Assembly (NCBI GenBank): GCA_000165425.1
Contig: CT868585.1
Coordinates: 248,001-312,000, forward strand
Length of the DNA: 64,000 bases
From: Paramecium tetraurelia
Lineage: Eukaryota
Direction: 5' to 3'
The translations under genes were made by a program, and so were the position numbers. Every line of letters starts with the position of its first letter. Within the stretch, counting starts at the first letter, position 1. Below are positions 56,701 to 64,000 of this stretch, in pieces. Under the pieces are notes generated by a model that was not told the DNA's origin, made no database searches, and saw nothing but the letters and a program-made list of their open reading frames with translations.

Positions 56701-57576
56701 TTCCGAATTTGATTGAAATCAACATACCCACTCGATTTTCTGTAATACCCAAGGATACTGAGAATAAAACAGCCAGAATAGAAGTTAAATATGATACTAG
56801 CTTATTTATGGATATTCTGAGAGGTTGTGCTTAGCCCTATTCGAATGAAATTGATGATTTCAAGTTTTCCATATTAATGCCTAGAGCAGTTTTATATGAG
56901 GACAAGGTGTTGTAGATTGGCTGTATAACTAAAATCAATGATGACGACTTGAGTCTCTTATTGCATATTAGAAATAAAAGCCAAAACAACATCTCGATCA
57001 CAAAAATTAAATTGATTGCTCCTTCAAGTACAAATCAATATAACACATTTAGATAACTAGTTAAATAAATTGAATGTTTAAGACGGCAGTGTTCTTTAAA
57101 AGTACACGACGTTTAAGATCTAAATGAAATTCCAATATTAAGAGTTTATGAAACAACCTATATTGGAGTTCTAGATAGATGATAAATAATACCATATCTT
57201 GTTGCCTGTATCCTTAATCAAATTTGGAGTTTCCGAGTTAGTTGATATTGTTTCATTAAAGGAAAAATGGAAGGACAATAAAAGTAATTCTAATTCCAAA
57301 TATTTAGATATGAAATGTGTTATAAAATCTACTATCAATTAACCAAACCATAAGTTTGTTAATTAGCTAACTGATTTTAAGCGATATTTCTAGACTTTGT
57401 AGTAATTTGAAAATTATCTGATTATGCAATAGACAATAAATTAAAGTGAATTTGGAATCAAGTTTAAGGAGGACAGACAGCGCTAATAATTAATCATAAA
57501 GGTTCAATCAAGTCAATTGTTGAAACCAAAGGCCGAAGAACTTATACAACAACTATTATTCTTATTTAGTGAATGA
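53746..57576 (+). CDS. Putative endocytic adaptor: VHS/ENTH-like N-terminus, NPF-rich linker, coiled coil, alpha-adaptin ear-like C-terminus
   Basis: KFNALM/LLKDAM...LLLLECLYNW...SELQQAGIRFP. NPF x3 and FEDDF. C-terminal RAVLYEDKVLQIGCIT...LHIRNKS. Confidence 0.7.
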
Positions 57577-57620
57577 ATATTTAAGAAAAAAGAATTGAAT
57601 TTTAATAAATTTTATTATTT

Positions 57621-60600
57621 ATGGAAGTATAAATTATAAATAGCCAAATAGAAGGGGAACATAAATTAAAATCAATATAATGTGTAAGAATAAGCTACGA
57701 GCGATTAGTCATGCTTGTAACTATTCTGTATATACATAGGTATTATTGTGCATATGTACTGGGTTTCTGGCAGCATTTTACTTTCGGTGGTTTCCTCATC
57801 AATTTATTAATTTTTTGTACATCACGAGCACCTTAGAAAAGGCCACACACGTTAAGACCAATCCGTACAATGAGATCTGCTAAGTCACAAGAGATGGAAA
57901 GAAGATCCATTTCAAATTCAGGTAATACAACTAGAATGAAAGTTAGATTCTTAAAATATGAATTGTTGGAGGATAAGTTCAAGCCTCTAGAATTTGAGCC
58001 TAAAAATGCTAATTCGTTAACTACTAAGGAAGTGTAGGCTGGCCAATAAGATTATGGATCAGCACTGATGAAAATTCCGATGATCGGATTTCTAGAATTT
58101 ACATTAGAAGAACTTTCAACTCCATTTTATACTTTGTAATATATATGCGTTGTAATTTGGTTGGTTTAAGGGTTTTTCTATTTCGCAATTGTGATGATGT
58201 CTTGCTCTCTGATTTCAACTTTCATCAAGTTTTATTTGCTTAGACAGTCTTTAAAAAGATTGCAGTCACTAGCAGCAATCCATTAGCAGGTGATGGTGAT
58301 AAGAAATGACGAGTTAAATAAAATAGATGTGAATGAGCTTGTGCCAGGAGACATAATAAAATTGCAGACAATGATTGTTCCTGCTGATTGTATAATTACG
58401 GGCATGGCGTTACTGAATGAAGCAACATTGACAGGCGAGAGTAATCCTGTGCCAAAATAGACAGGGTAAATATTATTTGAAGGTACAAAGATCCTCGAAG
58501 TAAATACTGGATCAACTGCGTAAGTAATACGAACTAATTATTCTACAATAAGAGGACAATATTTTAGAAATGTATTATATCCACAAAAAGTGACTCATAA
58601 ATTTTATACACAAGCCATGAAATTCTTAGCCGGCTTTGTTATTTTCAATGTGATAATAGCAGCTGCCACTTTGGTCATTTATTTAGACTACACTACTGAA
58701 TTAATTTTAGCTAACATATTCAGTACATTAACTTGGATATTTCCACCTGCCATGCCTATCTTTTTTTCATTAACAGCTACGATAGCATTGCTTCGTTTGA
58801 AAAATGAGAATATCATTGGTAGCAACATGGATAAGATTCATATTTCAGGATAAGTTGATGTTACCTGTTTTGATAAGACAGGTACATTAACAACGAATGA
58901 GTTAACTGTGATTGGTCTATGGGATAAATAGGATTGCAATATTTGTATAAGTTGTTGTCATCATATTTGTTAATCTGAGGGACAATTGGTTGGAGATGTA
59001 TTGGATCTTGAAATGTTTAAGTATAGCCAATCGAAAATACTTTTTGACAAGAATGACATTCAGATCACATCTAAAGATTAAAAGATTTACAAGATTATCA
59101 AAATATTTGATTTTAATTCTGAATTGATGATGATGTCAGTAATTGTAGAATGCGAGAACAAATATTATTTATGCTCAAAAGGGGCTCCAGAAAAATTGCA
59201 ATCAAAGTTGAACTCTCAGAATCAAGAAATGCTTTCACAATTATCCTTCTATGTCAACCAAGGCTACCGAGTTATAAGTTTGGCTCAAAAGGAAATCACT
59301 CGAGAGGATCTCAATTTAGAAAGAATGTAATTAGAAATCAATTTGAATTTCTTAGGATATCTTATCTTTGAAAACCAATTAAAACATGACACAGCAGACG
59401 TAATGAAACAGCTCATTGAGTCAAATTTGAAAGTGAAAGTATTTGCAATAATTTATATTTCAGATTCTATCGGGAGACAATCCTTTAACAACTGTCAATA
59501 CTGCATACAACATTGGGATTGCAAATGATGTTGTAAAATTATTTGATGTTAGAAATTCAGAGATTGTAGAGATTGACATCAGAAGAATAGAAGAAAAATA
59601 ATAGATTGTTTAATAAAAATAATACCTAATTGATGTGAAGGATTTGTAGAATTACATATACACATTGAATCAACAGTTCGCATTGACTGGAGACTTCATG
59701 GAATTCTGCAATCAACATAAAGTGGATGTTCACTCTTTATATCAAAGAACGATTGTATTTGCTAGGGTTAAGCCACATCAAAAGAAGGAGGTAGTTTTCA
59801 TGCATCAATAATTAAAATGCTGTGTGGCTATGGTAGGAGACGGATCGAATGATTGTGTAATTATCTCTGTAATTCAAGTCAGCTATTTCTTAAGCAGATA
59901 TTGGAGTCTCATTCTCCCAAGCTGATGCTTCATACACAGCTCATTTCTCATCATTAGATTAATCCATTAAATGTATAGTGACAATATTAGCATAAGGAAG
60001 AGCAACAGCACAGACTTTGACTGAAATCTTTCCTCTCTATACTTTATTAAGTTTTCTAGCTACTTGTGCTTACACATGTTTAGCATTGGAAGGTCAGAAT
60101 TATAGTGACTTTTAATTATTATTCCTTAGCTTTTTATGTTACATCCCAATAATGGCATCGATGACGTTAACTAAGGCATTGCCAAATTTATCTAAAGAAT
60201 TACCTTTAGATGATATGTATTAATGTAATGTTTATCACATTTATCAAAGTAAATAATCAACTTTCATTTTATACTCATGTGTTCATCTTTACTGGTGGTT
60301 TACTTGTGTCTGTAGCAATCGTCATGAATGCTCAGGATCATCATTTTGATAAACCAGAACCCCCTATTAGAGACTATCTCAGGAGCGGTATGCTCAACTC
60401 TGCTACAGTCATTATTGCTTAGATATACAGTTAATTCTTGCCTTTCATCTTTATTATTTCTAAACCTTTCAAAGAATACTGCTATAAGAATTACGTGTAT
60501 ATGACATACTCGACTCTCTCATTTTCAATAACTATATTATTTGTGTTTTTCAGACCCTCTTAATAATTTTTGGATTTGGTCGACTTTAACTCTGAAATGT

Positions 60601-60731
60601 AATTATGAATATCATATTGTAGAGATCACTTTGACGTCTATTTGCTATTGATAATGGCAGGTACGATCATTTTAGACATTATAATTTAAAATATATTGTA
60701 AATAAGATTTCCAAGGAAAAGATATTTATGA
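57621..60731 (+). CDS. P5-type (ATP13A-like) P-type ATPase
   Basis: LVPGDII, NEATLTGESNPVPK, FPPAMP, CFDKTGTLT, KGAPE, GYRVI, FENQLK, SGDNPLT, FARVKPHQK, MVGDGSNDC, APFSS-like region. Confidence 0.93.
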
Positions 60732-60804
60732 TATCATCTTTAATAAATATTATGTATCTATATTATACATCACACATACACATGACTCTGAAAATGTCGA
60801 AGTC

Positions 60805-61779
60805 TCATTATTTAGTTACTACATTTTATTGAGTAAAATACTTTGTTTGAAAGTAATACGTGAATCACCGAATTGTCTTCCGTTTTATTTCAAAACTAAG
60901 TACATTAGATTTTCATTTAAAAAGAGGACTTCCCCTGAAGTCTTTTGGTTGGGTCTTTTCAACTCAATCTCATTAGCTGAACAATTGGTTTGGCCAACAA
61001 TCCAATTAATTAGTTCCTGGTTTGTCTTTTTGGAATCTAGATTATCAAAAGCAATCTTGTATTGTCCATCATCATCCTATTCGACCTATTGGTTATTCTT
61101 GCTATTGTTGGGATAATCTGAGAATTGTCTCCCATTATTGAATTTGGCTTCCCTTACAAAAATTTGAATATCATTGCTTATAAATTTGCCATCCTAATAT
61201 TATGTTCCATATTACTTTCTCTTACAATCTAAATTTTCTGCCTTCCAAAACCAGTAGTTTCTATGCTTTCTCTGCTCCAGTCACAACTACATATCCCTTG
61301 GTGGACTACCTCTACACCTTTTTGCATTCTTCAATTTCACTCTATTTCAGATCGCATCGTTCCAATATGTAATTTACAATTTGGATTGGTACTGTGTTAG
61401 GAGGTAGATTTTAGATTTCAACCACTAAGGATTAAATCAAAGAGATACCAAATTTTTGTTTAGAGTTGTCTGGTACACTGTCTAAGTATTTCTACTTCTT
61501 TTTGATTTCCCTTTCAATGGATTTCCCGCCCTTGTAACCACCGGGTATTCTGTATCCTTACATATCGTAGAAGTTGTAATCTTTATCGAAATAGCCTGCT
61601 GGTTCTCCATCTCTGTCATAGTAATTTAATTCCTTATCCACCCAGCCACCATAATCATCTACGATATAAATATCAGTTGAGTTGTGGGATTGTGCAATTC
61701 GAAATCCTTCTCCTTCGAGACCATCATATTGGATGTACTAGTCAAATATGGCTGGGTTGTGTGATGGTCTTCGCTTCAT
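60805..61779 (-). CDS. Protein with Y/D/G-rich N-terminus and two divergent RRM-like domains
   Basis: VEIQNLPPNT...KGYVVV...LEGRKF and IAFDNLDSKKTNQEL...NGRQFGDSRITFKQ. Stop reached via a 23-nt intron at ~60819-60841. Confidence 0.6.
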
Positions 61780-61938
61780 GAATAAAATAATAATTATTAT
61801 TATTATAAATAATCGCGATTGCAATCCAAACTATCGAGTTGATGGACAAGCAATTGTGTAAATCCAGCTGGATGGTTCACTTTTTAGAGTTGATATAGTA
61901 TTGTACTGATTGTAATTTTTATAAAATAAATAATATTA

Positions 61939-63075
<1,137 letters not shown>

Positions 63076-63095
63076 TTTATTTTAATTAATATAAC

Positions 63096-64000
63096 ATGGA
63101 TCTGAGTTCCTAACTAAATTAGATGAAATTTATAAAAGGTCTTGATTTTCGCAAGAATCTCATAGACAACGGACATCTGGGTCAAGGCAACAACATGGTA
63201 TACAATGTTTCACTCAACGGAAAAATGTATGCATTAAAAGTAAAGCATTCTTATTTACTAAGTAAGTAATAGTGAATTCCTCCTATATTGAAAATGAGAT
63301 CAAAATCATGTAATCATTAGCCAACTCTCCGTATGTGATCAATCTCATTGATTATATGATATTAGAAACAGTCTCTCAAGACAAATACACTTAAAGTCAG
63401 TAATTTGCATATTTGCTCATGGAAAAGGGCTAGCAGAATCTAGAGTAATATCTTAAATAAAGAGAGCAGTAATATCTAGATGTCGAAGAATTGCATAGAA
63501 TTTTGGAATAATTAATAAATATATTTGAAGATCTCCAACAAAAAAACATAGCTCATAGAGATATAAAATTAGTTAACATTCTAATCATGGAACCCTTTCA
63601 ACTCAAAGCTTGCGACGTTGGCTGCAGTTCTCAAGTGGATAGCATTTAAACTATCAGTGTTGTCGGAACAAAGTCCTACTTAGCCCCTGAGTTATTGAAT
63701 GCAGAAACGAATCGACTTAAGCACAATCCCTTTAAAAGCGATGTCTACTCTTTGGGATTGTGCTTTCTCTATTTAGTTACTCTATAATTATGGAATTCAA
63801 GACAGATTGTTGGTTCTAAGATTGAAGAGGAAATAATGGCAGATTATTTAAAACACGTTAAAAGAATCACTGCTGATGACAATATCATCACTTCAATCCT
63901 CAAAAAGATGCTCTAAATCAATCCAAACAACCGACCTGATTTTATAGAGCTCAAGCAGATCTATACACAAGCGAAAGAATCTCAAAATCAGTTGATTAAT
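63096..64000 (+). CDS. Protein kinase (divergent), truncated by window end
   Basis: LGQGNNMVY, YALK, HRDIKLVNIL, DVG, VGTKSYLAPE, NPFKSDVYSLG, NPNNRPDF. Confidence 0.88.

Overview
Gene-dense, very AT-rich eukaryotic DNA with the hallmarks of a Paramecium (aurelia-type) macronuclear chromosome. TAA/TAG read as Gln (translation table 6) and TGA is the only stop. Genes are interrupted by tiny (~20-30 nt) GT..AG introns and intergenic spacers are often under 50 nt. The supplied standard-code ORF track is therefore fragmented and often antisense, so I re-translated by hand. About 30 genes are recognisable: CEP83-like coiled-coil, dynein intermediate chain, ISY1, Tctex-1, ERD2-like receptor, TTLL glutamylase, Rab2-like, cyclophilin, several kinases, a giant Cys-rich surface protein, alternative oxidase, S10 carboxypeptidase, a mini surface antigen, a P5 ATPase and a MAPK. 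There are also several frameshifted relics (kynurenine aminotransferase, Arf, a MAPK 5' fragment). The most unusual gene is an intronless 1007-aa ORF (23428-26451) with three phage/T4-type lysozyme-like domains flanking a bacterial-like DUF1598-type domain and LIM-like zinc fingers. Next is a GGA-like VHS/NPF/alpha-adaptin-ear adaptor (53746-57576). Coordinates were counted by eye and family assignments are from motif recognition, not database searches.
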